The position numbers and the translations under genes were made by a program. The notes beneath the pieces are model-generated. The model saw nothing but the letters and a program-made list of their open reading frames with translations, searched no databases and was not told the origin of the DNA. 64,000 nucleotides of DNA, taken from NCBI GenBank assembly GCA_963707635.1, contig OY970173.1:2848001-2912000 (forward strand), read 5' to 3'. The stretch comes from Candidatus Latescibacterota bacterium. GTDB taxonomy: Bacteria > Krumholzibacteriota > Krumholzibacteriia > WVZY01 > JAKEHA01. Positions 38,370 through 48,245 of this stretch are shown here, one piece after another (positions within the stretch are counted from its first letter, which is position 1; every line of letters begins with the position of its first letter).

Positions 38370-40229
38370 TCAGCGACTATAACGCGCAATGGTCCCGTTG
38401 TCTCCGACGATGAATACGTTGCCGGACGACGAGCCCCACACCCCGGTGACCAGGAACGGCAGGTTCGACAGGTCCTGGACCCGCTGCCACCGGGGGGTGG
38501 CGCCGGTATCGCCGACCAGAATCGAGGCGGCGTCCCCGCACGCGAATCCACGCTCTGTGCTCGCGCTCCATACCCCGAGGACGTCGTGCACCGGGTCCTG
38601 ATAGACCGGTGTCCATTGCAGTCCGTCCCAGTGGAAGATCAGACCGCCGGCGTGGAGCGGGCCCGCGTACGCGCCCTCCGTGTCGCCGGCCACCGCGGCC
38701 AGCCGCGGCTGCAGGTACTCGCTCGCCACATAGACGTCGGTGGGTCCGGTGCCGTGCACGTCGTGGAAGTTGTGCACGTTGAACAGGTCGATGTTGATCA
38801 GCTTGAACTGCACACCGTTCCAGCGAAACGCGGTCGAGTTGGCGCCGGTGACCCAGAAGTCATTGGCCGCCGGACCCCAGACACCGAGGAGCCGTTCGGT
38901 GACCCCGAGAATCGAGGCGTCCAGCCATTGTGCTCCGTCGAAGCGGAGAATCGCACCCTGCTCGCCCACCGCGTAGGCCGTGCCGGGTGCGTCCATCCAC
39001 ACTTCGTTCAAGTGAATCGGGAGCGTCGAGATGTCGTTCCAGGTCGTGCCGTCGAAGTGGAGCGCGGTTCCATACTCGCCCACCGCGATCACGTCGCTGG
39101 CCGAGGTGCCGGCGACACCGCGCAGATTCTCCAGGGTTCCGCTCGGCGATTCCTCCCAGACGCCGGCGCGAAAGCGCAGTACGGTGCCGAATCCACCGAC
39201 CGCGAATGCTTCCTGCCCATCCGACGTGGTCCACACGTCTCTCAAGTCGCGCGTCATGCCCCCCTTCGCGGCCTGCCAGCCGCCGCCGCTGTTCTCGTGG
39301 ATGGTCCCGCCCTCTCCCACCGCCCACACGGTTCCACCCACGCCGAAAATCCGATACACCGACTTGACGCTGTTCAGGACGATCGGCGACCACGAGAGCC
39401 CGTCCCAGTGATAGGCGCTGCCGGCCAGCCCCATCGCGTACACGTCGTCGCCCGCCGTGCCCCATACCGCTTCCAGAAACGCCGGCGCCCCGACGTCGAT
39501 CGGCGACCAGTCGGCGCCGTCGAAATGAATGGCCGCGCCGTTGCCGCCCACCGCGAAGACGTCGTTGGCAGACATCCCCCAGACATCGGTGAGCGCAAAG
39601 GTCGCCGGAGTCGCCAGCGCGCTCCAGAGCGCGCCGTCGTAGTGGAGAAGACTCGTTCCCATGCCGGTGCAATAGACGTCGCCGGGGCCGCTGCCCCACA
39701 CCGAGGTCAGCGATTCCAGCCCGGGCGGGACCGTCATCGGCGCCCAGGTGGAACCGTCGTAGTGGTAGATGCGATGGGCCACGGCGGACTCGATGCCGAC
39801 CGCGAAGATGTCGTCAGCGGCGGAGCCCCAGACATCGAGAAAGACCACCGCCGGGTTGGGCGACTCGTTCGTCCAGGTCGAGCCGTCGAAGCGCAGGACG
39901 GCGCCGGCCGTGCCGACGGCGACGACATTCGTCGCGGAGGCACCCCAGACGCCCCAGAGGTTCGCCGTCGTCGGTGTCTGCGTGACGCGCCACGCCGTGC
40001 CGTTGTAGCGAAGCACGACTCCCTGCTGCCCGGTGGCGAAGAGGTTGGTTGCGCTCGGGCCCCACACGTCGCTCAAGGTGACGCCCTGCGACGCCGGGTT
40101 CATCCAGCGCCACGCCGGGTCGTCGGGCGGGGGAGGTTCAACGACGGCGTCGTCGCCGGAGCACCCGAAAAGAGCCCCCGCGGCTGCGAACAACGAAAGA
40201 GCGAGGAGCAAACGGAAACGGCGACGCAC
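38370..40229 (-). CDS. Lipoprotein with 14 ~40-aa repeats (probable double 7-bladed beta-propeller)
   Basis: Lipobox LFGC; repeat LxxVWGxxxxDVxAVGxxGxxLxxDGxxW. Confidence 0.85.
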   Translation of the reverse strand: MRRRFRLLLALSLFAAAGALFGCSGDDAVVEPPPPDDPAWRWMNPASQGVTLSDVWGPSATNLFATGQQGVVLRYNGTAWRVTQTPTTANLWGVWGASATNVVAVGTAGAVLRFDGSTWTNESPNPAVVFLDVWGSAADDIFAVGIESAVAHRIYHYDGSTWAPMTVPPGLESLTSVWGSGPGDVYCTGMGTSLLHYDGALWSALATPATFALTDVWGMSANDVFAVGGNGAAIHFDGADWSPIDVGAPAFLEAVWGTAGDDVYAMGLAGSAYHWDGLSWSPIVLNSVKSVYRIFGVGGTVWAVGEGGTIHENSGGGWQAAKGGMTRDLRDVWTTSDGQEAFAVGGFGTVLRFRAGVWEESPSGTLENLRGVAGTSASDVIAVGEYGTALHFDGTTWNDISTLPIHLNEVWMDAPGTAYAVGEQGAILRFDGAQWLDASILGVTERLLGVWGPAANDFWVTGANSTAFRWNGVQFKLINIDLFNVHNFHDVHGTGPTDVYVASEYLQPRLAAVAGDTEGAYAGPLHAGGLIFHWDGLQWTPVYQDPVHDVLGVWSASTERGFACGDAASILVGDTGATPRWQRVQDLSNLPFLVTGVWGSSSGNVFIVGDNGTIARYSR

Positions 40230-40330
40230 GAATTCTCCGGTGACCGGGGGGATGACGCTACCTTGAATCTACTACGGAACCGGTTGGGCGCGCAACGCGG
40301 CCCGGCGCGATTCCGCGCCGGCGAGGCGCG

Positions 40331-43300
40331 CTACGCAGGGTCGGCCGCGGGCCGGGCGTCGCGGGTGCGGCGGCGGACCTTCGATCTTAGCCAGCCGGTC
40401 ATGCGCCGCAGCGACCAACTCAACCGGATGCAGCTCGAATAGATCGCGGGCGTCACAAACAGAAGCAGGATCGTACTCGACGTCAGCCCGCCGATCGAAG
40501 CCAGCGCCAGGTTCTCCCAGATATCCTTGTCGGCGGTGTCGTTCATATGCACCAGCAGCGGCGCGAGTCCGACAACGGTGGTCCCGCTGGTGAGTAGGAT
40601 GGAACGCATGCGCGCGCGGGTGCCGCGGGCCACCGCTCGCTTGAGCAATTCGACACGCTCTTCCTTCGGAAGTTCCCAGAGATCGATGCCGCCGAGCGAC
40701 TTGCGCAGAGGCGGAAACAGGGAGGCCGACAACTCGGGATCGTCGCCGCGCTTCGACTTCAGAATCAGTGTCGACTCGGTTCGATACCGGCTCACGAGCA
40801 GAATGGCGTTGTTCACCGCAACTCCGAACAACAGCACCAGCCCGATCCGCGCCGACGAATCGAAAACCGAATGGGTCAGCCAGAAGATCGCGACGACGCC
40901 CACCAGCGACATTGGCACCGCAAGCAATATCAGGAATGGGATTGAGACACTCTCCATCAGCGCGGCCAGCACAATGAAAATGAATGCGACCGCGAGCCAG
41001 ATCGCCAACCCGATCTCTTCTTCTTCCTCCTGGGTCAGAAACTCCTGCCGGGCCTCCTCGGCCTTGTACCCGTACGGCACCTCGATGCCGGCGAGGATGT
41101 CTTTGATGTACTTGGTTCGCATCTGGTCGGTGCCGAGATACTCCCAGTTGACGTGCGTGGTGTACTTTTGGTTCTCGCGCGTAATCGAGCGGGACACCTC
41201 GCGCTTTTCGATGTCGATCAGGTCACCGAGTCGAACCTGGCCGCCGGCGGGGCTGCGCAGCACCAGGGCCGCGATCTCCGCATATGAAATGTTGTCGGCA
41301 TCCGCGTAGGAAAGCTGCACGCGTTCCTGGTCACCGTCAATCAGCATCGTCCACGGGATGTCGACGCCGAGCATGCGCCGGACCTGCGCCGTCAGATCCG
41401 CCACCGTCAAGTCGTACGCGGCGAGTCGATCGCGCCTTATGCGGATGACCATTTCCTCCTGCCGGACGCGCTCCCACTGCGCCCCGGTAGTCACGCGAGC
41501 GTTACGCACACGGCGGTTCTTCTCGACGCGGGCCAGGGTGCGGTCCGCGATTTCGTTCAGCCGCTTGGAATTGTAGCCAGTGATCTTGATCAGCGAGTTG
41601 AGCGCCGATCCTCCAAAGGCACCCTTGAAGTACGGACGGTCGGAGAAACCCCGGATGTACACGCTCGACCCGCCGGTGACGTCCGCTTTGGCAATCAACA
41701 GCTCGCGCCAGTGGAACGGGAGCGGGGTCTTACGCAGCTCCTCCTCGAATTCGACGCGCATGATCCCCTGGTTCCCGAACGCCCGCGACGCCATGCGCAC
41801 TCCCTCGGGAGCAGGGAGCAGTGCCTCCTCAAAATCGCGCAGCGTCTCCGAGGTTACCTCCAAGTCCGTCCCCGACGGCATCTCCAGGTAGAGAAACAGT
41901 TCTTCCTCTTCCGGGAACCGCCAGAACCCGCCTTTGATGACCTTGTGGTCGTAGGCCCACCACGCGCCGGCAAACAACGCGAGCACCACTGGGATCGCCA
42001 GCCACCAACCGCGTTGCAGGGCCATGTAGCCGCGGTCCAGACGCGTGACGCGATCTTCGAGCGCGGACGGTTCGGCAACCAGCCGGTCCAATTCGTCGGA
42101 ATCGATCACATCCCGCGGCCCGTCAGCGAGCCTGTTCACCAGCGGCTTCGCCCACACACGGTGCAGCACCATCGGCACCCACCCGAACGCGACGAAGAGC
42201 GACGCGGCGAGCGCGGTCGTCACCGAGACGGCGAGCGGAATGTAGTAGAGCGCGAGTCGTCCGGACAAAAAAACGAATGAGCCGAACACAACCACCGTGG
42301 TCAACGTGGTCGCGAGCGCAGGATTCAGAATATCGTTGGTGCCCTGGAGGATGGCGTGATAGGCCACTTCGAGCTTGGCGCGGCGCGAAAGTCCGAGGTC
42401 GCCGGCGCGCTTGAGGGCATCGAGCCGGCGGTGGATCGCGTCGAGCACGAGGATGCTGTTGTCGACAATCATCCCAAAGCACACAGCCAGGCCACTGATC
42501 GTAATGAAGTTCACCGAAATGTGCAGAAAATAGAAGAGCGACAGCGAAATGAGGGTCGCGAAGATGATCGACGCCGTCACAATCGCGGTCAACTGGAGCT
42601 GACGCACAGAGATCGCCAGCATCACGAACAGGATGCCAAGGATCGCGAACGAGCGATAGATGAGGTTGCGAAGCTTGTCTTCCAGGTCCTTGCCCTGATC
42701 TTCGTCGACGTGAAAGCCGACCACGGCGGGCACATTGGCCTGGATCGCCGGGAGCGCCTTGCGCAAATCGCGGCTCACCCCGACCGCGTTGGCGCCGCTG
42801 CGTTTGTCGACCGTCACCTGCACAACGTTCTTGCCGTTGGCGCGCACGAAGTAGTTCGGGTCCTCAAAGTCCGCACGAACTTCGCCCAGCATGCCGAGGG
42901 TAAAGGTCTGCCCCCCGCGCCTCGCGACCACCCCATCCTGCAGGGAGCGCAGGCTCACCGGGCGGCGCAGGGCGACGAGGCGCTCGAGCCCCTGCTCGCG
43001 CACGACCCCCGCGCCTTCGAACTCGTCGAGGCGATTGACCGCGCGGAACACTTCGTCCGCGCGTACCCCGTAGAGGTCGAGAAGTCGGCGGTCGAGCACG
43101 ATCTTGACCAACGGGCGCGCGCCGCCCAGCACCTCGGCGTCGGCCACGCCCGGCACCGCGATCACCTGCGGGACGACCCACGTTTCTGCAAGCTCGCGCA
43201 GCTCGTTGGGCGTCAAATCCGATTCCAGACTGAAGGTGAAAAAATCCTCGGTGCGGAACTCCTCCGGAACAAATGGCAGAATCTGCGGCTGCTGCGCTCC

Positions 43301-43657
43301 CAGCGGGAGGTTGCGCCGAACATCTCCAAGCTGCTCGTTCAGTTCGAGCCGGGCGAATTCGATATTGGTTCCCCGCCGGAACGACAGCGTAACGGTGGAG
43401 TTTCCGGCACGGCTGGTGGATTCGATCTTCTCGATGCCGTGCACATCCTGCACCGCTTCCTCGATCGGGATTGAAATCGATCGTTGAATTGCCTGCGGCG
43501 AGGCGGCATTCCACCCGGTGGTGATCGTGAGCGTTGGAAGGTTCACGTCGGGAACGGCTTCGATCTTCAGGCGCGGAATCGAGTACGCACCCAGCACGAC
43601 GAAGGACACAAATATCATCCAGGTCGTCACCGGAAAGCGCACGAAGAACCTGGTCAT
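40331..43657 (-). CDS. RND efflux permease, subunit B
   Basis: AcrB-like layout, GMIVDNSI, VNNAILL, RMRSILLT. Confidence 0.93.
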   Translation of the reverse strand: MTRFFVRFPVTTWMIFVSFVVLGAYSIPRLKIEAVPDVNLPTLTITTGWNAASPQAIQRSISIPIEEAVQDVHGIEKIESTSRAGNSTVTLSFRRGTNIEFARLELNEQLGDVRRNLPLGAQQPQILPFVPEEFRTEDFFTFSLESDLTPNELRELAETWVVPQVIAVPGVADAEVLGGARPLVKIVLDRRLLDLYGVRADEVFRAVNRLDEFEGAGVVREQGLERLVALRRPVSLRSLQDGVVARRGGQTFTLGMLGEVRADFEDPNYFVRANGKNVVQVTVDKRSGANAVGVSRDLRKALPAIQANVPAVVGFHVDEDQGKDLEDKLRNLIYRSFAILGILFVMLAISVRQLQLTAIVTASIIFATLISLSLFYFLHISVNFITISGLAVCFGMIVDNSILVLDAIHRRLDALKRAGDLGLSRRAKLEVAYHAILQGTNDILNPALATTLTTVVVFGSFVFLSGRLALYYIPLAVSVTTALAASLFVAFGWVPMVLHRVWAKPLVNRLADGPRDVIDSDELDRLVAEPSALEDRVTRLDRGYMALQRGWWLAIPVVLALFAGAWWAYDHKVIKGGFWRFPEEEELFLYLEMPSGTDLEVTSETLRDFEEALLPAPEGVRMASRAFGNQGIMRVEFEEELRKTPLPFHWRELLIAKADVTGGSSVYIRGFSDRPYFKGAFGGSALNSLIKITGYNSKRLNEIADRTLARVEKNRRVRNARVTTGAQWERVRQEEMVIRIRRDRLAAYDLTVADLTAQVRRMLGVDIPWTMLIDGDQERVQLSYADADNISYAEIAALVLRSPAGGQVRLGDLIDIEKREVSRSITRENQKYTTHVNWEYLGTDQMRTKYIKDILAGIEVPYGYKAEEARQEFLTQEEEEEIGLAIWLAVAFIFIVLAALMESVSIPFLILLAVPMSLVGVVAIFWLTHSVFDSSARIGLVLLFGVAVNNAILLVSRYRTESTLILKSKRGDDPELSASLFPPLRKSLGGIDLWELPKEERVELLKRAVARGTRARMRSILLTSGTTVVGLAPLLVHMNDTADKDIWENLALASIGGLTSSTILLLFVTPAIYSSCIRLSWSLRRMTGWLRSKVRRRTRDARPAADPA

Positions 43658-46600
43658 GCCGCGGGCCTCCGGATGCGATGCGCCAGCAGGTAGAGGACAG
43701 GCGTGTAGAACATCGTGAGCACCGTCGTCACCGCAAGGCCGCCGATGATGGTCACGGCCAGGGGGCGCTGGAGCTGTGCTCCGCCGCCGAGGCCAATCGC
43801 CATCGGCAACAGCCCGAGAATGGTAGTAATACTTGTCATCAGAATCGGCCGCACCCGCAGTCTGCTTGCCTCCAGGATCGCCTGGTACCCGTCCATCCCG
43901 CTCGACCGGAGCTGCTTGATGGTGTCGGTCTTCAGAATGGCGTCATTGACCGCGATGCCAAGCAGCGCAATCATGCCGATCAGCGAGAGCAGATTGATGG
44001 TATTGCCCGTAACGGCCATCGCGACGAACGCGCCTGCCACACCCATCGGCAGAGTCGCCGAAATGAGTAACGGATCGACAAACGACTCGAACTGCGCGGC
44101 CAGAATCATGTAAACCAGTGCCACCGACAGCAGCATCGCCCACATCAGATCGTGGAAGCTGCTTTCCATCTCCGCTCGCTCACCGCCTTCGACTATCTTG
44201 ACGCTGGGTGGGAGATCGAGTCGGGCGACGGCCGCCGACGCCTCGATCCACGCGTCGGCGACGGTCCCGTTGGTAACCTCTCCGGCTACGGTGACCATGC
44301 GTCGTTGGTTGGAGCGCGTGAGCTCGCGCACCGGCCGCTCTTCGTCGATCGACACGAAGCGCTTGAGCGGAACCGCTTCCCCGCTGGCAATGCCCACCGG
44401 CGAGGCCAGTACCTCCGCAAGATCTTCCCGCTCTCCGCGCGGGAAGCGAACCGAGATGTCGATTCGCTTCTCGACTTCGTTGAACGTCGTCGCTTCGACG
44501 CCGGCGATGCGATTACGCACGTCGCGCGCAATCACGTCCGGGTCGAGTCCGGCGCGAAGGATTTCTTCGGTGTCGAGACGAACCACCACGTTCGGGGCGC
44601 CCAGTACGCGATCGACCTGCAGGCCGGACACGCGCTGCGCGCCCTGGAGCGCGCCCACCACCTGCTCGGCCGCGTCGACGGCCTCTTCGGGATCGTTGGC
44701 GATTACACCCAGGCTGAATTGCGCCTCGTCGGTGGACAGGATTTCCGCGAGGCCGACACCCTCGGGGCGAAATGAGTAGCGTACCCCGGAAAGCGAGTCG
44801 AGGCGCGCGCCGACGAATTCCATCACGCGTTCCGACTGCCTGTGCGCGTTGCGCCCGGGTTTCATGATGACGCGCATGCGTGCCGTGTTGGGCGCCGCAT
44901 AGTCCTTCATCGCCGCCAGCGTGTGTTCTGTCGTGCCGACCTGGGTGAACACCCGCGCGACCGCGGGGTCATCCGAGATTCTGCCGGCGAGGGCCGCGGC
45001 CATCGCCGAGGTCTCTTCGAGCGGGGTTCCGGTCGGCAGTTCCAGATCGACGCGCAGGTCTCCCGACGTGCGCTCCGGCATGAGTGTGCGCTTGAGGGTG
45101 AAACCCACGAATCCGGCAGCGAGGAGCCCGATCACGAGCGCAACGACCATGGACCGGGGGCGTCGAAGTGCGCGCAGCAGCAATTGGTGGTACCGGTTAT
45201 AGAACGACGTGAACCAACTGTCGAACAACCGGAAAGCCCCTCGCGGTCCGGCGACGCTGAACTTGAGAGCGCGCGCCGACATCATGGGCTGGAGCAACAA
45301 CGCGGTGGCGATCGATATCAAGAGCGAAAACGTCACGGTCAGCGCCTGGTCACGGAAAAAGGCACCCGCGATCCCCGGCACGTAGACCACCGGGAAGAAC
45401 ACCGCGACGGTGGTCAGCGTCGACGCCACGATCGCGTTGCCCATCTCGCGGGTGCCGCTCTCCGCCGCCGCCGCCACCACGCGACGGGTCTCGATAGAAT
45501 CAAAATCCACATTACGCCGGTCGCCGAACTTTTCCTGGAGGTGGCGGTTGATGTTTTCCATCACCACGATGCCGTTGTCGACCAGCATGCCTGCCGCCAG
45601 TGAGAGACCGCCCAAACTCATGAGGTTCAGCTTCACCTTGCCGAAATAGAGCAGCGCAAACGTCACCATCAGCGCGACGGGGATCGACAATCCCACCACG
45701 ATCGGGCTGCGAATGTCCTTGAGGAACAGAAACAGGACCGCGAACGCGAGAAAGGAACCGAGCAGGAGCGATTGCACAAGCCCCGAAAACGACGAACGCA
45801 CGTAATCCGCGTCGCGATACACGTAGGTGTAGGCGAAATCGGCGTAGTCCTTGGTGAGCACGCCGAGGGCCTTATCGACCTCGTCGGTCACACGAATGGT
45901 GTTGGCCTCCGGCTCCTTATAGATCAGGAGCGACACCACGCGCACGTCTCCGAGGAGCGTTTCACCCTCCGGCTCTTTGGTGGTGTCGATCACGCGGGCG
46001 ACATCGACGATGCGCACGGGCGATTGTCCCGGCCTCACCACATCGGTGGCGCCGATCTCGTCGATACCTCCGTACTCGCCGTCGATGCGCAGGCTCATCT
46101 GCAGGGGTCCCTGGCGGATCTTTCCACCCGGAAACGATACGTTGCTGCGCACCAGCGCCTGCTGGATCTGCTCGATGGTGATGCCGTAGATCGCCATCTT
46201 GTGCGCGTCGGGTTCGACCAGGATCTCGCGTTCGAGCCCTCCGACTACTTCGGCCTTGCTGATCCCGTCGACCTGCTGGAGTGCGGGCTTGGCCACCTCC
46301 TCGGCGAACTCGGTGAGATCCGAGATCGGCGCGTTGCCGCGCAGCGTCAGGATGCTAATCGGGCGCGACGTCGGGTCCCAGCGCAGGATTACTGGCCGGT
46401 CGGCCTGCTCGGGAAAGTCTTCGCGGAAAGCGACACGATCGACCGCTTCGCGCAGGTGGAGGTTCGCGAAGTCCATCTGCGTTCCCCACTCGTACTCCAC
46501 CGTGATCATCGACACGCCCTCCCGGGTTCGTGAAACCACCCGTCGGACGCCGGAAAGCGCGGTGACCACCTCTTCCAGCGGCTCGGTCACAAGCCGCTCG

Positions 46601-46770
46601 AGGTCGCCCGCGGGCATGTCTTCGTACGATGTGACTACGGTCAGCCGCGGGTAGGTAATGGAGGGAAGCAGGTCGACCGGGATCTTCTTGAGGCTCACCG
46701 CGCCGACCAGCATCAGCGCGAGAAACAGCATGGAGATCGCGACCGGGCGGTGAATCGCGAAGCGAATCAT
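43654..46770 (-). CDS. RND efflux permease, subunit A
   Basis: Start MIRFAIHRP, GMLVDNGIVVMENI, QFES, RVRPILMT. Confidence 0.95.
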   Translation of the reverse strand: MIRFAIHRPVAISMLFLALMLVGAVSLKKIPVDLLPSITYPRLTVVTSYEDMPAGDLERLVTEPLEEVVTALSGVRRVVSRTREGVSMITVEYEWGTQMDFANLHLREAVDRVAFREDFPEQADRPVILRWDPTSRPISILTLRGNAPISDLTEFAEEVAKPALQQVDGISKAEVVGGLEREILVEPDAHKMAIYGITIEQIQQALVRSNVSFPGGKIRQGPLQMSLRIDGEYGGIDEIGATDVVRPGQSPVRIVDVARVIDTTKEPEGETLLGDVRVVSLLIYKEPEANTIRVTDEVDKALGVLTKDYADFAYTYVYRDADYVRSSFSGLVQSLLLGSFLAFAVLFLFLKDIRSPIVVGLSIPVALMVTFALLYFGKVKLNLMSLGGLSLAAGMLVDNGIVVMENINRHLQEKFGDRRNVDFDSIETRRVVAAAAESGTREMGNAIVASTLTTVAVFFPVVYVPGIAGAFFRDQALTVTFSLLISIATALLLQPMMSARALKFSVAGPRGAFRLFDSWFTSFYNRYHQLLLRALRRPRSMVVALVIGLLAAGFVGFTLKRTLMPERTSGDLRVDLELPTGTPLEETSAMAAALAGRISDDPAVARVFTQVGTTEHTLAAMKDYAAPNTARMRVIMKPGRNAHRQSERVMEFVGARLDSLSGVRYSFRPEGVGLAEILSTDEAQFSLGVIANDPEEAVDAAEQVVGALQGAQRVSGLQVDRVLGAPNVVVRLDTEEILRAGLDPDVIARDVRNRIAGVEATTFNEVEKRIDISVRFPRGEREDLAEVLASPVGIASGEAVPLKRFVSIDEERPVRELTRSNQRRMVTVAGEVTNGTVADAWIEASAAVARLDLPPSVKIVEGGERAEMESSFHDLMWAMLLSVALVYMILAAQFESFVDPLLISATLPMGVAGAFVAMAVTGNTINLLSLIGMIALLGIAVNDAILKTDTIKQLRSSGMDGYQAILEASRLRVRPILMTSITTILGLLPMAIGLGGGAQLQRPLAVTIIGGLAVTTVLTMFYTPVLYLLAHRIRRPAA

Positions 46771-48134
46771 TCGCCACCTTGCGCGGACTGCAGCCACGGG
46801 TCGGCGGGCGGGAGCGTCTTGCGCACCTTGACCTTCGCGTCGTGCGCGAGTGTCAGATGGTCCGAGACGATGACCCGGTCGCCCGGCTCCAGCGTGCCGC
46901 CCTGGATGACGCTGGTGATCTCGACCATGTGGTCGTTGCTCTCGCCCAGCGCCACATAGAGCCACTTGGCGCGGCCGTCCTCGATCTTGAAGAGCAGGGG
47001 CCGGCCGTCGCGGGTGAGGATCGCTTCGCGCGGGACCAGCAGACGATCTTCGAAGCGTTCGCCGGCGATCAGCGCGCGCGCGAACATCCCCGGGCGCAGC
47101 CGTCCATCATTCTTGAGGCGTATCAGCACCTGGCAGGTGCGCGTCGCGGGATCGAACTGCGGGCTCACGACGTCGACCGCAACGCTCAAGGTCTCGCCGA
47201 GCGCCGGCACGGCGAGGATGGCGGCGCCCCCGGGCGCGATCTTGCCGACGTCCGCTTCGAGCACGCCGACCTCTGCCTCGATGTTGATGTTGTCGACCAG
47301 CGTGCACAGCGTCTGGTTGATCTTGAGCTGTTCGCCGACACTCAGCGTGAGGCCGCTCACGACCGCGTCGAAGGGCGCGCGAATCTCGGTCCTCTCCAGG
47401 TTGAGGCGGGTGCGCTCCAGGTCGGCGCGCGCGACGGACACGCCGCTGCGGGCCGCCGCGATTTCGCCGCGGAACTTGCCTTCTTTGAGCGCCTCGACGT
47501 CCATGCCGATCTCGCGCGCGAGGCGCTCCTCGCGCGTGATCTTCCCGCTCTTTTCGAGCTGCTCCAGGTTGGTCAGCTCGTCGCGCATGTCCTGCGCGCG
47601 GGAGGCCAGGGCCGTGTCGACGTCGGCGTCCTCGATGGTCAGCAGGCTCAACGCCTGCAGGTATCGGGCGCGCGCTTCCTCGGCGGCCATCTCGTATTCG
47701 CGATCGTCGATCTTGAGGATCAGCTGGCCGCGCTTGACCTTCTGACCCTCCTCCACCAGCACGCGCACGATCCGGCCGGTGATCTCGGAATGAATCTCGG
47801 CGGAGTGGCGGGCGCGGATGCGGCCCTCCGCCACCACCGGGCGCACGAGGTCCGCGCGCACCGCCCGGGACGCATTCACCGTCACCGAGCGTTCCTTGCG
47901 GGGCTTGCCGCCGGAGGTGTCCGACTCCGCCGACGCCGTGGCCGCGTCGCTGCCCCCGTAGTTCTCCCCTTCGCTTTCCATGGAGCCCTTCGCCTCGGCC
48001 AGCGAGGTCGAATCCGCCGCCGTCGAATCCGCGGCGTCCTTGGTGTTGCCCTTCTTCCCGCACGACGCGAGGCCGAAGGAAAGCGCGGCAACGACGATGA
48101 GTCGAAACACGAGTCTGGTGGCCGGTGAGATCAC
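46767..48134 (-). CDS. RND periplasmic adaptor (MFP) lipoprotein
   Basis: Lipobox LASC, VEEGQKVKRGQ, IRAPFD, LRPGMFA. Confidence 0.93.
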   Translation of the reverse strand: MISPATRLVFRLIVVAALSFGLASCGKKGNTKDAADSTAADSTSLAEAKGSMESEGENYGGSDAATASAESDTSGGKPRKERSVTVNASRAVRADLVRPVVAEGRIRARHSAEIHSEITGRIVRVLVEEGQKVKRGQLILKIDDREYEMAAEEARARYLQALSLLTIEDADVDTALASRAQDMRDELTNLEQLEKSGKITREERLAREIGMDVEALKEGKFRGEIAAARSGVSVARADLERTRLNLERTEIRAPFDAVVSGLTLSVGEQLKINQTLCTLVDNINIEAEVGVLEADVGKIAPGGAAILAVPALGETLSVAVDVVSPQFDPATRTCQVLIRLKNDGRLRPGMFARALIAGERFEDRLLVPREAILTRDGRPLLFKIEDGRAKWLYVALGESNDHMVEITSVIQGGTLEPGDRVIVSDHLTLAHDAKVKVRKTLPPADPWLQSAQGGE

Positions 48135-48245
48135 GGGGCGTCTCCCTGACTGGAGGAAAGTTAGCGGCGCCGGCGCCGGACGAGTTCGGTGCGAACCGTC
48201 CGGTCGCCGGCGCCAGACCGGAAAGTCTTGCGAACCGGGCGCCGC

